This document shows positions 1 to 10,100 of a stretch of 64,000 nt of DNA, one piece after another (positions within the stretch are counted from its first letter, which is position 1; every line of letters starts with the position of its first letter). This stretch comes from Minisyncoccia bacterium. GTDB taxonomy: Bacteria; Patescibacteriota; Minisyncoccia; Phycocordibacterales; UBA918. The stretch is from NCBI GenBank assembly GCA_046598345.1, contig JBKJIT010000004.1, forward strand, positions 2,499-66,498. The letters are read 5' to 3'. The notes below the pieces were generated by a model. The model saw nothing but the letters and a program-made list of their open reading frames with translations, ran no database searches and had not been told where the DNA came from. Both the position numbers and the translations under genes were made by a program.

Positions 1-148
1 TATACGGTCTGCCAATGGGGGACTCGTATCGTCCTAAAGACCGGATTCATTCTGGCATTCCGACCCCCAATGCACGGGGAGAGGCGGAGCTGGCATGGGA
101 ACTCATTGCCGTAGTCGAGAAGAGCTAATTATCCGAAGTCATACCGAT

Positions 149-184
149 GCCCCCGGCGCGCTTTAGCACCGGGGGCTTTTCTTT
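149..184 (+). terminator. Rho-independent terminator hairpin ending an unseen upstream transcript
   Basis: 8-bp GC stem gcccccgg/ccgggggc, 12-nt loop, then ttttcttt. Confidence 0.5.
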
Positions 185-205
185 ACTCGCCCATAAGGTA
201 TGGGG

Positions 206-234
206 TTGACCCACATCATTCCATCTGGTACTCT
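206..234 (+). promoter_or_regulatory. candidate sigma70-type promoter TTGACC-N17-TACTCT upstream of rpsP
   Basis: hexamers read directly; -10 ends about 10 nt before ATG at 245, so a near-leaderless mRNA; the ORF-track start at 200 lies upstream of this promoter. Confidence 0.35.
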
Positions 235-244
235 TGTCCCCGTT

Positions 245-679
245 ATGTTAATGATGCGATTACAGCGAATCGGCCGAAAAAACGACCCATCTTATCGGGT
301 TGTTGTTGTTGATTCCCGCCAAGGTCCGAAGAGTGGTAAGCACCTTGACCTCCTCGGTACATTCAGTCCAAAACTCGATCGAGTGGTGATTGATGGTGAG
401 CGAGCTCGAAAGTGGATTAAGAATGGGACGCAGGTTTCTGGAACTGTTCACAATCTCCTTATTCGAGAAAAGATTATTGAAGGGAAGAAAATAAACGTTC
501 TCCCACGCAAGTCTCCAATTATTGATGAAGCAAAGATAAAGGCCGAAGCTGAAGCCAAGGCTGCTAAGGAGGCCGCAAAGGAAGCTGCAGACAAAGCCGC
601 AGCAGCTCCCGTTGTTGAGGAAGTGCCAGCAGAATCTACTCCAGAAGCAGTTGCAGAAGCAACACCTGAAGCTAAGTAG
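245..679 (+). CDS. rpsP: 30S ribosomal protein S16 with Ala/Lys/Glu-rich C-terminal tail
   Basis: MLMMRLQRIGRKNDPSYRVVVVDSR..DLLGTFSP matches the S16 N-terminus; start moved from 200 to 245 by alignment to MVKIRLKRMG-type N-termini. Confidence 0.88.
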   Translation: MLMMRLQRIGRKNDPSYRVVVVDSRQGPKSGKHLDLLGTFSPKLDRVVIDGERARKWIKNGTQVSGTVHNLLIREKIIEGKKINVLPRKSPIIDEAKIKAEAEAKAAKEAAKEAADKAAAAPVVEEVPAESTPEAVAEATPEAK

Positions 680-825
680 CAAAAGAAAGACTTTCCCACA
701 TATTCTTATAGGGAAAGTACTTTAGGTACGTTGACGAATTGTCGGTACCTGTTACCATTTATATAGAGCACGTTTCCGAGTGAAAGAAACGGCCGGTTAT
801 CAGTTAGTTCTCATAAATATTTCGT

Positions 826-1191
826 ATGGAATTAGATCAGCAATTTCTTGAACAGCTAGTAAAGGCACTTGTAGACCATCCTGAATCAGTAAAGATTAAT
901 AGAACTGTCGATGAAATGGGGGTACTCCTAACCCTCGATGTGCATGCTCAAGACATGGGAAAGATCATTGGTCGCTCAGGTAATACCGCAAAGGCAATTC
1001 GCACACTTCTCCGCGTTGTGGGTATGAAAAATGAGGCACGCGTCAATCTTAAAATCAATGAACCAGAAGGAGGTACACGTTCAATGGCGCCACAGAATGA
1101 TACGACAGATATGGGTTCGAATGTACAGAGTGATGATGTGCCGAATGAACCGAAGACCCTCGACGAAGCAATCGACGGCTTACGAATATAA
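826..1191 (+). CDS. KH-domain RNA-binding protein (UPF0109/YlqC-like) that typically follows rpsP
   Basis: GKIIGRSGNTAKAIRTLL KH/GXXG motif; conserved position after rpsP. Confidence 0.75.
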   Translation: MELDQQFLEQLVKALVDHPESVKINRTVDEMGVLLTLDVHAQDMGKIIGRSGNTAKAIRTLLRVVGMKNEARVNLKINEPEGGTRSMAPQNDTTDMGSNVQSDDVPNEPKTLDEAIDGLRI

Positions 1192-1196
1192 GAAAA

Positions 1197-1220
1197 AGCC
1201 TCCTCTACGGAGGCTTTTTC
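1197..1220 (+). terminator. intrinsic terminator after KH-protein gene
   Basis: gcctcc/ggaggc stem plus T5. Confidence 0.6.
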
Positions 1221-1461
1221 TTATATTCGTAAGAGCCGGAGCCATGTTTTGCCTTTTCATCAAGGCAAAACGGGTGAGGCCGGGGAGGAAGTTCTTAACG
1301 AACGTAGTGAGTTTAGAAACTTGACCCTAAGGATTTAAACTGGAGAATTTCTTTGTCGCAAATGCGATTTCGTCAGTCACAATAGTTTTCTATTGCTTCT
1401 TCCAAAATCTTTTTGCTTCTCGAAATTTCCGCAATTTTAGATTCTTAGATTCCTAGTGACC

Positions 1462-1497
1462 CTAACACAAAAGCCCCTCACGGGGCTTTTGTGTTAG
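1462..1497. terminator. 16-bp perfect-stem hairpin (ctaacacaaaagcccc / ggggcttttgtgttag)
   Basis: perfect inverted repeat with A/T runs on both sides; bidirectional terminator-like. Confidence 0.5.
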
Positions 1498-1506
1498 TAT
1501 ATTTTT

Positions 1507-1953
1507 ATGAGCGAAGTGAAGCTAAGAAAAGGTTTTGATTTCATAGGAGTTTCAGCCGTCACTATGTGTCATGATGGAAATGGGAAATATTTAATTGGCA
1601 AACGAGGAGAGAAATGTCGGGATGAGCACGGGAAATGGGAGCCTGTTGGAAGTGGAGGAGTAAAGCTCACAGAACCACTTGAAGACACGGTTCGCAGGGA
1701 AGTAAAAGAAGAATGTGGTGCTGACGCGAGTAGTATTGAATTTATGGGATTTCGAGAAGTTTTTAGAAATATAAACGGCGAAAAAACTCACTGGATTGCA
1801 TTTGATTTTAAAGCACACATAAATCCTGATGAAGTTTACATCACCGAACCTGATAAGTGCAGTGAATTTAAATGGTGTACACTTGCTGAAATACCAACTC
1901 CTCAGCATTCAGAATTTCCACGTTTTCTAGAGAAATACAAAGACAAATTATAG
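1507..1953 (+). CDS. NUDIX hydrolase
   Basis: Nudix box GGVKLTEPLEDTVRREVKEECG (GX5EX7REUXEEXG). Confidence 0.75.
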   Translation: MSEVKLRKGFDFIGVSAVTMCHDGNGKYLIGKRGEKCRDEHGKWEPVGSGGVKLTEPLEDTVRREVKEECGADASSIEFMGFREVFRNINGEKTHWIAFDFKAHINPDEVYITEPDKCSEFKWCTLAEIPTPQHSEFPRFLEKYKDKL

Positions 1954-1954
1954 T

Positions 1955-2638
1955 ATGCATTTTCACGTCATCACACTATTTCCGGAAATCTGCAAAGCGT
2001 ATACTGATGCGTCGGTCTTAGGCCGTGCGCAGAAAAAAGAGAAGGGGAAAGGTGCGAAGCATACGGGGAAAAAAATTGAAGTGAAGTATTACGATCCGCG
2101 CACATTCTCGAAAGATAAACACAAGAAAGTTGATGATCGTCCGTATGGTGGCGGACCTGGAATGGTCATGCAGGCTGTGCCAATTTTAAAGGCGGTAGAG
2201 AAGGCTGTTGGAAAAAAAGAAAAGAAAGAAGTGAAAGTGCTTTTTATGTCGCCGCGTGGAAAATTGTTTGATCAAAAAATGGCAAAAAATCTTGCAAAAA
2301 AATACAAACACCTCGTACTTATTTCTGGACGCTATGAAGGCATTGACTCACGCGCAATAAAAATCTTAAAAGCTGAAGAAGTGTCGGTAGGGAATTATGT
2401 GCTCACAGGCGGCGAACTCCCAGCCCTTTCAATCATCGACGCCGTTTCCCGAAATATTCCTGGTGTTCTTGGCACATTTGAATCTCTTGAAGATGAGCGA
2501 GTCTCAAGTGGTGAGATGTACACACGTCCTGAAGTTTTGGAGTTTAAAAAAAAGAAATATAAAGTTCCCCCTGTTTTTCTTAGTGGAAATCATGCGGAGA
2601 TAGAGAAATATAAGGAAGCAAAGAAAGACCCGGCGTAA
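1955..2638 (+). CDS. trmD: tRNA (guanine37-N1)-methyltransferase TrmD with Lys-rich insertions
   Basis: ITLFPE, DDRPYGGGPGMVM, ISGRYEGIDSR and LTGGELPALSIIDAVSR motifs. Confidence 0.9.
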   Translation: MHFHVITLFPEICKAYTDASVLGRAQKKEKGKGAKHTGKKIEVKYYDPRTFSKDKHKKVDDRPYGGGPGMVMQAVPILKAVEKAVGKKEKKEVKVLFMSPRGKLFDQKMAKNLAKKYKHLVLISGRYEGIDSRAIKILKAEEVSVGNYVLTGGELPALSIIDAVSRNIPGVLGTFESLEDERVSSGEMYTRPEVLEFKKKKYKVPPVFLSGNHAEIEKYKEAKKDPA

Positions 2639-2667
2639 GAAAGAATAGTTTTGTCCAGCACAAGCTG

Positions 2668-2696
2668 TTGACGAAGTTTTGGAAATCTGTTACACT
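2668..2696 (+). promoter_or_regulatory. candidate sigma70-type promoter TTGACG-N17-TACACT ahead of about 250-nt rpoB leader
   Basis: hexamers read directly. Confidence 0.35.
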
Positions 2697-2948
2697 CCTC
2701 GCCATACGCAAATCAGTCTTGAATGAGTTTTGGATGAAAGATTTTCATACGCGGAGGAGTGAAATGTCTGGGGACATTTTCACAAAATTCAAGGGGATAC
2801 TTTTATCCCTCAAGGTCACAATCACAGAGTGATGTACTTACAAGCCGAATAAAAAAGGTGCACTGATAGTTCGCGCACATGCGCGGGTTTTTACGTGGAC
2901 GCTTTATTATTTTATTAGTCTCTAGTTACTAGAGTAAGCGCGTATACT

Positions 2949-5900
2949 ATGGCACATAAAACTGATGCACAGGGTGAGGTGACGGTAGGGATGCTTCCTA
3001 AAAAAAGCTTCCAGCACTATCGGGATGCACGAGTACCACTTCCGGATCTCGTAGAACCACAGCGAGTATCGTTTAAAGAATTTGTTGAGGTAGGACTCAA
3101 GGATGTTTTTAAAGAATTTTCGCCGATCAGTGACTACTCTGAAAAGAAGTTTGAATTGCTTTTCAAGAAGTACGAACTAGGCTCCCCGAAGACCACTCCT
3201 GAATACGCGAAGGAGAATAAACTCACGTACGAAGCGCCACTTCGTGCACAGGTTGTGCTCAAGAATAAGACATTTGGCGGAGAGAAAGAACAGGAAATCT
3301 TCATGGCAGACATTCCAGTCATGACCGTGAATGGTACTTTCATTGTAAATGGTGTGGAGCGTGTGATTGTGCCACAGCTCGCTCGTTCTTACGGTATTTT
3401 CTTCACGACGAGTGAATCAAAAGGTCGCACATACTTTGGTGCGAAGATTATTCCTGCGCGTGGAGCGTGGGTTGAGATTGAGTCTGAGTCGGACGGATGT
3501 ATTTATGTAAAAATTGACCGCAAGCGAAAGTTTCCGGTCTCATCACTCTTCCGTGTGCTCGGTGGAAAGGATGAGAAGCACGTACAGGGAATGTTCAAAG
3601 GTGTCGCACATGCTGAGGATTACATGAAAGCTACGTTTGCGAAGGATCCAGCAAAGACAACTGATGATTCATACATTGAAATATACCGACGACTTCGTGA
3701 CGGTGATCTTGCAACGGTTGAAAACGCACGCGAATTCGTAAATTCAATCTTTGCACCTGAACGATACGACCTTTCTGAAATTGGACGTCACCACTTCAAC
3801 CAGCGCTTCGGACTTTCGACCGATGCGAAGGCAACAGCAGTACGTACTGTTGGTCTCGAAGACGTTGTTACGATCATCAAGAACATCATTGGGCAGAACC
3901 ATACACCGGGCGCAATTGCGGACGACATCGACCACCTCGGATTCCGTCGTGTGCGGTACTTTGGTGAACTTCTCCAGCAGCGCATCCGCGTGGGTATGAC
4001 GCGCGTAAAGCGAAACGTGCAAGACCGGATGTCTACTATTGAGGCAGAAACGAGCCTTCCGATTCAACTCGTGAACCCTCGTCCACTTCAGGCTGCGATT
4101 AAGGAATTTTTCACGACGAACCAGCTTTCACAGTTCATGCCACAGCAGAACCTTCTCGGAGAGCTCGAGGGACTTCGAACGCTTTCAGCACTTGGACCAG
4201 GTGGACTCACGCGTGAACGTGCTGGATTTGAAGTACGTGACGTACACACATCGCACTATGGCCGTCTCTGTCCAATTCACACACCTGAAGGACCAAACAT
4301 CGGTCTTATTCTCCGTCTCTCAATGTACGCACGCGTCAATCGTTTCGGTATTATCGAGACGCCGTACGCGAAGGTGGAGAAGGGTGTAGTTACGAATGAA
4401 ATTATCTACCTAAACGCCCACGAAGAAGAGCACTTTAATATTGCGCACGCCGCGATCGTTGTTGATGACAGTGGCAAGATTAAGTCAGATATGGTTGAGG
4501 TGCGTCACAATGGAGATCCACGTATCGTTGCAAAGAAGGAAGTTGATTACATCGACATTGCAACCAATCAGGCATTCTCTGTTGCGACTTCAATGATTCC
4601 ATTCATTAACCATGATGACGCCAACCGTGCACTCATGGGTTCAAACATGTTGAAGCAGGCAACTCCATGTGTGATTCAGGAAGCACCACTCGTTGCGACT
4701 GGAGTTGAAGAGCTCGCTGCGCGCGACACCGGACGACTCCTTCTTGCTGACGATGCTGGAGAAGTTATTGAAGCAGACGCACTCCATATTGTAGTAAAGA
4801 ATAAGGATGGAAAGAAAAGGGAATACCCACTTACGACCTTCCAGCGTACAAACGATTTCTCTGCGTTCTATCACCGTGCTGCGGTCACTGTAGGCGACAA
4901 GGTGAAGCGAGGAGATCTTCTTGCGAACACATCATCAACTGATGCTGGACAGATTGCACTTGGACAAAACGCCTTGATTGCGTTCATGAGCTGGTCTGGA
5001 GCAAACTATGAAGACGCTATTATTATTTCTGAACGTCTCGTAAAAGATAGTAAGTTTGCAACGATTCACCTCGACGAACTCGATGTCTCAGTGCGTGATA
5101 CAAAACTTGGACCAGAAGTAACTACGCCAGACATTCCAAATGTATCAGAACAGAAACTTCGCAACTTGGATGAAGAGGGAATTATCCGTGTGGGTGCAGA
5201 AGTGCGTCCTGGAGACATTCTCGTTGGAAAGGTGACACCAAAGGGTGAGACACAACTTACTCCAGAAGAGCGACTCCTCCGTTCAATTTTCGGTGAAAAG
5301 GCAAAGGATGTGAAGGATACGTCACTTCGCCTAGAAGCAGGAAAGCGTGGTCGCGTTATTGGTGTAAAGGTTTTCTCACGTGAGGCAGGCGATCAACTCG
5401 AATCAGGTGTTATAAAGCGAATCCACATCACGGTAGCGCAGGTACGTAACGTCTCAGTTGGAGACAAGCTCGCAGGACGACACGGTAACAAAGGTGTTAT
5501 TTCACGCATTCTTCCTGAAGAGGATATGCCATACACCGATGATGGAAAGCCTATCGACATCATTCTCACACCTCTCGGCGTTCCTTCACGTATGAACTTG
5601 GGACAGATTCTTGAGCTTCACTTAGGAATGGCCGCACACACCTTGGGATACCAGGCGATCGTCCCGCCATTTGCAGGAGCAACAGAAACGGATGTTAAAA
5701 ATGAACTTAAAGCAGCAGGACTTCCAGAAGACGGCAAGCTCACGCTTCGCGATGGACGAACGGGAGAAACCTTTGCACAGCGCATTGCAGTTGGATACAT
5801 GTACATCTTGAAGCTTCACCACATGGTTGAAGACAAAATTCACATGCGATCGATTGGGCCATACTCACTCATCACGCAGCAACCACTCGGTGGAAAGGCG

Positions 5901-6164
5901 CAGGTGGGAGGTCAACGATTTGGAGAAATGGAAGTGTGGGCGCTTCTCGGTTATGGCGCTGCATACACGCTACGTGAAATGCTCACGATTAAGTCAGACG
6001 ATATCGTGGGACGATCAGCAGCATTCGACGCGATTGTACGCGGCGAACAAATTAGTCACCCTCATACTCCGGCGGCATTCAACGTGCTTCTCAATCAGCT
6101 TCGCGGGCTTTCTCTCGACGTTGAATTGAAGCGAAATACGGAGTCTGAAAATCGCAGTAATTAA
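2949..6164 (+). CDS. rpoB: DNA-directed RNA polymerase subunit beta (short form, 1071 aa)
   Basis: conserved beta-subunit blocks throughout (e.g. GELLQQRIRVGMTR, NMLKQATPCV, GRHGNKGVISRILPEEDMPY). Confidence 0.97.
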   Translation: MAHKTDAQGEVTVGMLPKKSFQHYRDARVPLPDLVEPQRVSFKEFVEVGLKDVFKEFSPISDYSEKKFELLFKKYELGSPKTTPEYAKENKLTYEAPLRAQVVLKNKTFGGEKEQEIFMADIPVMTVNGTFIVNGVERVIVPQLARSYGIFFTTSESKGRTYFGAKIIPARGAWVEIESESDGCIYVKIDRKRKFPVSSLFRVLGGKDEKHVQGMFKGVAHAEDYMKATFAKDPAKTTDDSYIEIYRRLRDGDLATVENAREFVNSIFAPERYDLSEIGRHHFNQRFGLSTDAKATAVRTVGLEDVVTIIKNIIGQNHTPGAIADDIDHLGFRRVRYFGELLQQRIRVGMTRVKRNVQDRMSTIEAETSLPIQLVNPRPLQAAIKEFFTTNQLSQFMPQQNLLGELEGLRTLSALGPGGLTRERAGFEVRDVHTSHYGRLCPIHTPEGPNIGLILRLSMYARVNRFGIIETPYAKVEKGVVTNEIIYLNAHEEEHFNIAHAAIVVDDSGKIKSDMVEVRHNGDPRIVAKKEVDYIDIATNQAFSVATSMIPFINHDDANRALMGSNMLKQATPCVIQEAPLVATGVEELAARDTGRLLLADDAGEVIEADALHIVVKNKDGKKREYPLTTFQRTNDFSAFYHRAAVTVGDKVKRGDLLANTSSTDAGQIALGQNALIAFMSWSGANYEDAIIISERLVKDSKFATIHLDELDVSVRDTKLGPEVTTPDIPNVSEQKLRNLDEEGIIRVGAEVRPGDILVGKVTPKGETQLTPEERLLRSIFGEKAKDVKDTSLRLEAGKRGRVIGVKVFSREAGDQLESGVIKRIHITVAQVRNVSVGDKLAGRHGNKGVISRILPEEDMPYTDDGKPIDIILTPLGVPSRMNLGQILELHLGMAAHTLGYQAIVPPFAGATETDVKNELKAAGLPEDGKLTLRDGRTGETFAQRIAVGYMYILKLHHMVEDKIHMRSIGPYSLITQQPLGGKAQVGGQRFGEMEVWALLGYGAAYTLREMLTIKSDDIVGRSAAFDAIVRGEQISHPHTPAAFNVLLNQLRGLSLDVELKRNTESENRSN

Positions 6165-6187
6165 TAGCCAGTAACTTTGCAATATAT

Positions 6188-9100
6188 ATGAGAACACCAA
6201 TGCCACAACAATTTGACGAAGTGAGCTTGAAGCTTGCATCACCCGAGAGGATTCTCGAATGGTCAAAAGGTGAGGTCACAAAGCCTGAGACTATTAACTA
6301 CCGCACGCAGCGTCCAGAAAAGCATGGACTTTTCGACGAACGGATATTCGGTCCTGTTGAGGATTACGAATGTTCCTGCAAGAAGTACCGAGGTATTCGG
6401 TACAAGGGAATTATCTGTGAGAAATGTGGTGTAGAAATCACCCGCTCGATCGTACGTCGTGAACGCATGGGGCACATCGAGCTCTGCGTTCCTGTGTCAC
6501 ACATCTGGTTCCTCCGAGGTGTACCGAGCCGCATTGCACTCATTCTAGGCACCTCAGCAGCTGCAATTGAAAAGGTTATCTACTTTGCAGGCTACATCGT
6601 GACGAAGGTAAGTGAAGAGGAACGCACACGACTTCTTCGTGATCTCGACACCGAATACAAGACTAAGCATAAGGAACTCTCGAGCGATCTCGCACGTGAT
6701 GAGCTCAAGGGGCGCATGGAAGAAATGAAAGATGAGATTCAGGGTATTGTGCAGGGCGCTATTCTCGACGAGATGCACTTCCACAAGTACTCAATGAAGT
6801 ACTCAACGCTCTTCGAGGCACACATTGGTGCTGAAGCTATTTTTGAACTTTTTAAGAGAACCGATCTCGTACTCCTCCGTGACCGACTTGAGAAAGAGCG
6901 TGAGACTGCGGGAGCTGCAGAGCGAACGAAACTCGACAAGCGCCTCTCACTCATTCGCGGCATGATCAATGCAGGAGTACGTCCTGAGTGGATGTTCCTT
7001 ACGCGCATTCCGGTGATCCCACCAGCGCTCCGTCCAATGGTTGCACTTGAAGGTGGACGACACGCTTCATCAGATTTGAACGACCTCTACCGACGCGTAA
7101 TTAACCGAAACAATCGTCTCAAGAAGCTTCTCGATATTATGGCGCCAGACGTTATTTTGCGTAACGAAAAGCGTATTCTTCAAGAAGCGGTTGACGCGCT
7201 TATCGACAACTCAATTCGTCACGGCAATACCGCCTACTCAGCAATGAGCCAGGCACAACGACGCCCACTCAAGTCGCTCGCTGACTACCTTAAGTCAAAG
7301 CAGGGGTACTTCCGTCAGAACCTACTTGGAAAGCGTGTGGACTACTCAGGTCGTTCAGTGATTGTGATTGGACCAGATCTCGCACTCGACCAGTGTGGGC
7401 TTCCAAAGCACATGGCCCTTGAGCTTTTCCGACCATTCGTTATTTCAGAACTTCTAAAGCAAGAACTCGCGTACAACATTCGTGGTGCAGGGCGTCTCAT
7501 TGAAGACGGTGTACCAGAAGTGTGGGCAATTCTTGAAAACGTGATTCGAGATCGCCATGTGCTCCTCAACCGTGCTCCGACGCTTCACCGTCAAGGTATC
7601 CAGGCATTCCGCCCGGTTCTTATTGAAGGTAACGCGATTCAAATTCACCCACTCGTTTGTCGAGCGTTTAACGCTGACTTCGACGGTGACCAAATGGCGG
7701 TACACGTACCACTTTCTGCAGAAGCACAGCACGAAGCTCGTGAAATTATTTCTGCAAACAAGAACATTCTAAAGCCAGGGTCAGCGGAACCAGTCGTATC
7801 TGAAAAACTTCTCGATATGGCACTTGGTGCATTCTGGATGACAAAGATTATGGAGGGAGCAAAGGGAGAAGGAAAGTTCTTCCAATCACCAAACGCAGCG
7901 ATCCTCGCCTTTGATTTTGGAGTGATCGACATTCGCGCAAAGGTACAAGTGCTCGCAACGGATACACCAAAGTATGCACAGTTTGAAGGAAAGCTCTTTG
8001 AGACTACTGTTGGACGACTCCTCTTTAACTCAGTCCTTCCTTCAGACCATGCATTCCTGAATGACGTCGTTACACAGCGCGCACTCTTCGGTATCGTCGT
8101 TGATATTATTGATGACGAAGGTATCGGCGCGGTTCCTAAGATCGTCGACCGCATGAAGCGTTTCGGATTTGAGTACGCGACAAAGTCAGGAACAACATGG
8201 GGTATTGATGACGTTGTGGTTCCTGAGGAAAAGAAAGCAATCATTGCAAAGGCACGTGTTTCTGAAAAGGAAATCCTCAATCACTTCGATGATGGTCTAC
8301 TTTCACGCGAAGAACGTCGCCGCCTTATCATTAGTATTTGGCACAAAGCAAAGACTGAAATTGAGGAAATTCTTCCAAGCACGCTCGACAAGAACGGTTC
8401 TGTGTACGATATGTGGAAGTCGGGTGCTCGAGGATCAATGGGACAAATTGCGCAGATGGCCGGAATGAAGGGTCTCATCATCAACACGAGAGGAGAGACG
8501 CTCGAATTCCCGATTCTTTCTTCTATGAAGGAAGGTATGAGTCCTATTGAGTACTTCATTACAACTCACGGCTCACGAAAGGGACTCGCCGACACGGCGC
8601 TCCAGACTGCAAAGGCTGGATACCTCACGCGACGTCTCTTCGTTGTTGCGCAGGACGCGATTGTAACGGAAGACAACTGTAAGTCAAAGGAGGGGGTAGT
8701 GATTGGACGTATGTCATCGTCAGGTATTCAGATCGCGTTTAGTAAAGCTATTCGAGGACGAATTCTCGCTGAAGATGCGATCGATAAGGATGGTAAAGAA
8801 CTCTTTAAGAAAGGACATCTACTCTCACGAATTGAATCACTCACGCTTGATGCAGCGAACCTTGATGCTGTTGTAGTGCGTTCACCGATGACCTGTAAGA
8901 CACTCCAGGGTGTGTGTCAGCAGTGTTACGGTATCGACCTTACGACAAACAAACTCGTGGATATTGGAGAAGCAGTGGGAACTGTTGCTGCACAGGCGAT
9001 TGGTGAACCAGGAACACAGCTAACGATGAACACAAAACACGCCGGAGGAGCAGCGTCGGTTGGTGGAGACGTAACCCAGGGTCTTCCGCGTGTTGAGGAG

Positions 9101-9844
9101 GTGTTTGAAAAGCGACTTCCAAAGATTCCTGCAATTATTTCCCACACGGATGGTATCGTGACTGAAATTCGAACTGAAGGACGTGAAAAAATCATTGTTG
9201 TGGCTCCAACACTCGGATCTAAGTACGCAACAAAGAAGAATGACAATATTGAGTACGGAGTTCACTTCCGACGTGTAGCAATGGTTTCAGCAGGAGACAG
9301 CGTAAAGCAGGGGCAATTCCTCACGGATGGTTCTGCAAGTTTGCCTGAACTCTTTAAGTACGCAGGTGAGCAGACAACACAGGAGTACATCATTAACGAG
9401 ACAAACAAGATTTACGAACTTCAGGGAGTTACCATTTCACGAAAGCACATTGAGCTTATCGTGAAGCAGATGCTTTCACGCGTGAAGATTACACTGAGTG
9501 GAGATAGCCACTTCACCACTGGTGATGTTGTTGAAGAGTGGAATCTCGTAAAGACAAATAATGCACTTAAGGAGGCTGGAAAAGAACCAGCTAAGGGTGA
9601 CAAACTCATCTTGGGTATCACTGAAACCTCGCTCTCACGAAAGAGCTTCCTCAGTGCTGCGTCCTTCCAGAACACGACGCGCGTCTTGATTAACGCTGCG
9701 GTTCGCGGAAGTCAGGATAAACTCACTGGACTCATGGAAAACGTTATTATTGGTCGCCTCATTCCAGCAGGGACGGGATTTGTGGGAAGCAATAAGTATA
9801 ATAATGTTCAGAGCCTCCGACCTAAAGAAGAAACCGGCTACTAA
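6188..9844 (+). CDS. rpoC: DNA-directed RNA polymerase subunit beta-prime
   Basis: Zn-finger CEKCGVEITRS, NADFDGDQMAVHVP catalytic motif; 24 nt after rpoB stop. Confidence 0.97.
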   Translation: MRTPMPQQFDEVSLKLASPERILEWSKGEVTKPETINYRTQRPEKHGLFDERIFGPVEDYECSCKKYRGIRYKGIICEKCGVEITRSIVRRERMGHIELCVPVSHIWFLRGVPSRIALILGTSAAAIEKVIYFAGYIVTKVSEEERTRLLRDLDTEYKTKHKELSSDLARDELKGRMEEMKDEIQGIVQGAILDEMHFHKYSMKYSTLFEAHIGAEAIFELFKRTDLVLLRDRLEKERETAGAAERTKLDKRLSLIRGMINAGVRPEWMFLTRIPVIPPALRPMVALEGGRHASSDLNDLYRRVINRNNRLKKLLDIMAPDVILRNEKRILQEAVDALIDNSIRHGNTAYSAMSQAQRRPLKSLADYLKSKQGYFRQNLLGKRVDYSGRSVIVIGPDLALDQCGLPKHMALELFRPFVISELLKQELAYNIRGAGRLIEDGVPEVWAILENVIRDRHVLLNRAPTLHRQGIQAFRPVLIEGNAIQIHPLVCRAFNADFDGDQMAVHVPLSAEAQHEAREIISANKNILKPGSAEPVVSEKLLDMALGAFWMTKIMEGAKGEGKFFQSPNAAILAFDFGVIDIRAKVQVLATDTPKYAQFEGKLFETTVGRLLFNSVLPSDHAFLNDVVTQRALFGIVVDIIDDEGIGAVPKIVDRMKRFGFEYATKSGTTWGIDDVVVPEEKKAIIAKARVSEKEILNHFDDGLLSREERRRLIISIWHKAKTEIEEILPSTLDKNGSVYDMWKSGARGSMGQIAQMAGMKGLIINTRGETLEFPILSSMKEGMSPIEYFITTHGSRKGLADTALQTAKAGYLTRRLFVVAQDAIVTEDNCKSKEGVVIGRMSSSGIQIAFSKAIRGRILAEDAIDKDGKELFKKGHLLSRIESLTLDAANLDAVVVRSPMTCKTLQGVCQQCYGIDLTTNKLVDIGEAVGTVAAQAIGEPGTQLTMNTKHAGGAASVGGDVTQGLPRVEEVFEKRLPKIPAIISHTDGIVTEIRTEGREKIIVVAPTLGSKYATKKNDNIEYGVHFRRVAMVSAGDSVKQGQFLTDGSASLPELFKYAGEQTTQEYIINETNKIYELQGVTISRKHIELIVKQMLSRVKITLSGDSHFTTGDVVEEWNLVKTNNALKEAGKEPAKGDKLILGITETSLSRKSFLSAASFQNTTRVLINAAVRGSQDKLTGLMENVIIGRLIPAGTGFVGSNKYNNVQSLRPKEETGY

Positions 9845-9845
9845 A

Positions 9846-9960
9846 ATTGTTTGAAACGTAATCTGCTTTGTTGCTCGCTCGTTTGCTCCACGCACCGTAG
9901 GTAACTACGGTTTGGTCGCAGACCTCGCTTGCGCCGCGCATCTTATCGCTTCAAACAATT
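9846..9960 (+). other. 115-nt structured element closed by 12-bp outer inverted repeat (aaattgtttgaa / ttcaaacaattt) with internal hairpins
   Basis: inverted repeats read directly; immediately after rpoC stop. Confidence 0.35.
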
Positions 9961-9984
9961 TTAGAAAATAGGGAAGGACATACT

Positions 9985-10025
9985 AGAAACACCCCGGAAA
10001 GCTTCGCTTTCCGGGGTGTTTCTAT
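9985..10025 (+). terminator. intrinsic terminator with 18-bp stem (agaaacaccccggaaagc / gctttccggggtgtttct)
   Basis: perfect stem, 3-nt loop, T-rich tail. Confidence 0.6.
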
Positions 10026-10037
10026 ATGAAAGGAGTA

Positions 10038-10065
10038 TTGACAATTAACTTAAAAGTAGTATAAT
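10038..10065 (+). promoter_or_regulatory. consensus sigma70 promoter TTGACA-N16-TATAAT
   Basis: exact consensus hexamers; drives 10101 ORF and probably dnaG. Confidence 0.55.
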
Positions 10066-10100
10066 ATAAGTTGGTATAACTTCACTCGGAAAGGGAAGAC

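Noticed and set aside
200-244. ORF-track 5' extension of rpsP (MGLTHIIPSGTLVPV)
   Set aside because: The extension starts upstream of the candidate -35/-10, and S16 alignment begins at MLMMRLQR.
3134-9895. Numerous 60–110-aa ORFs in alternate frames and strands inside rpoB and rpoC
   Set aside because: They are fully embedded in two highly conserved genes and are frame-shadow ORFs.
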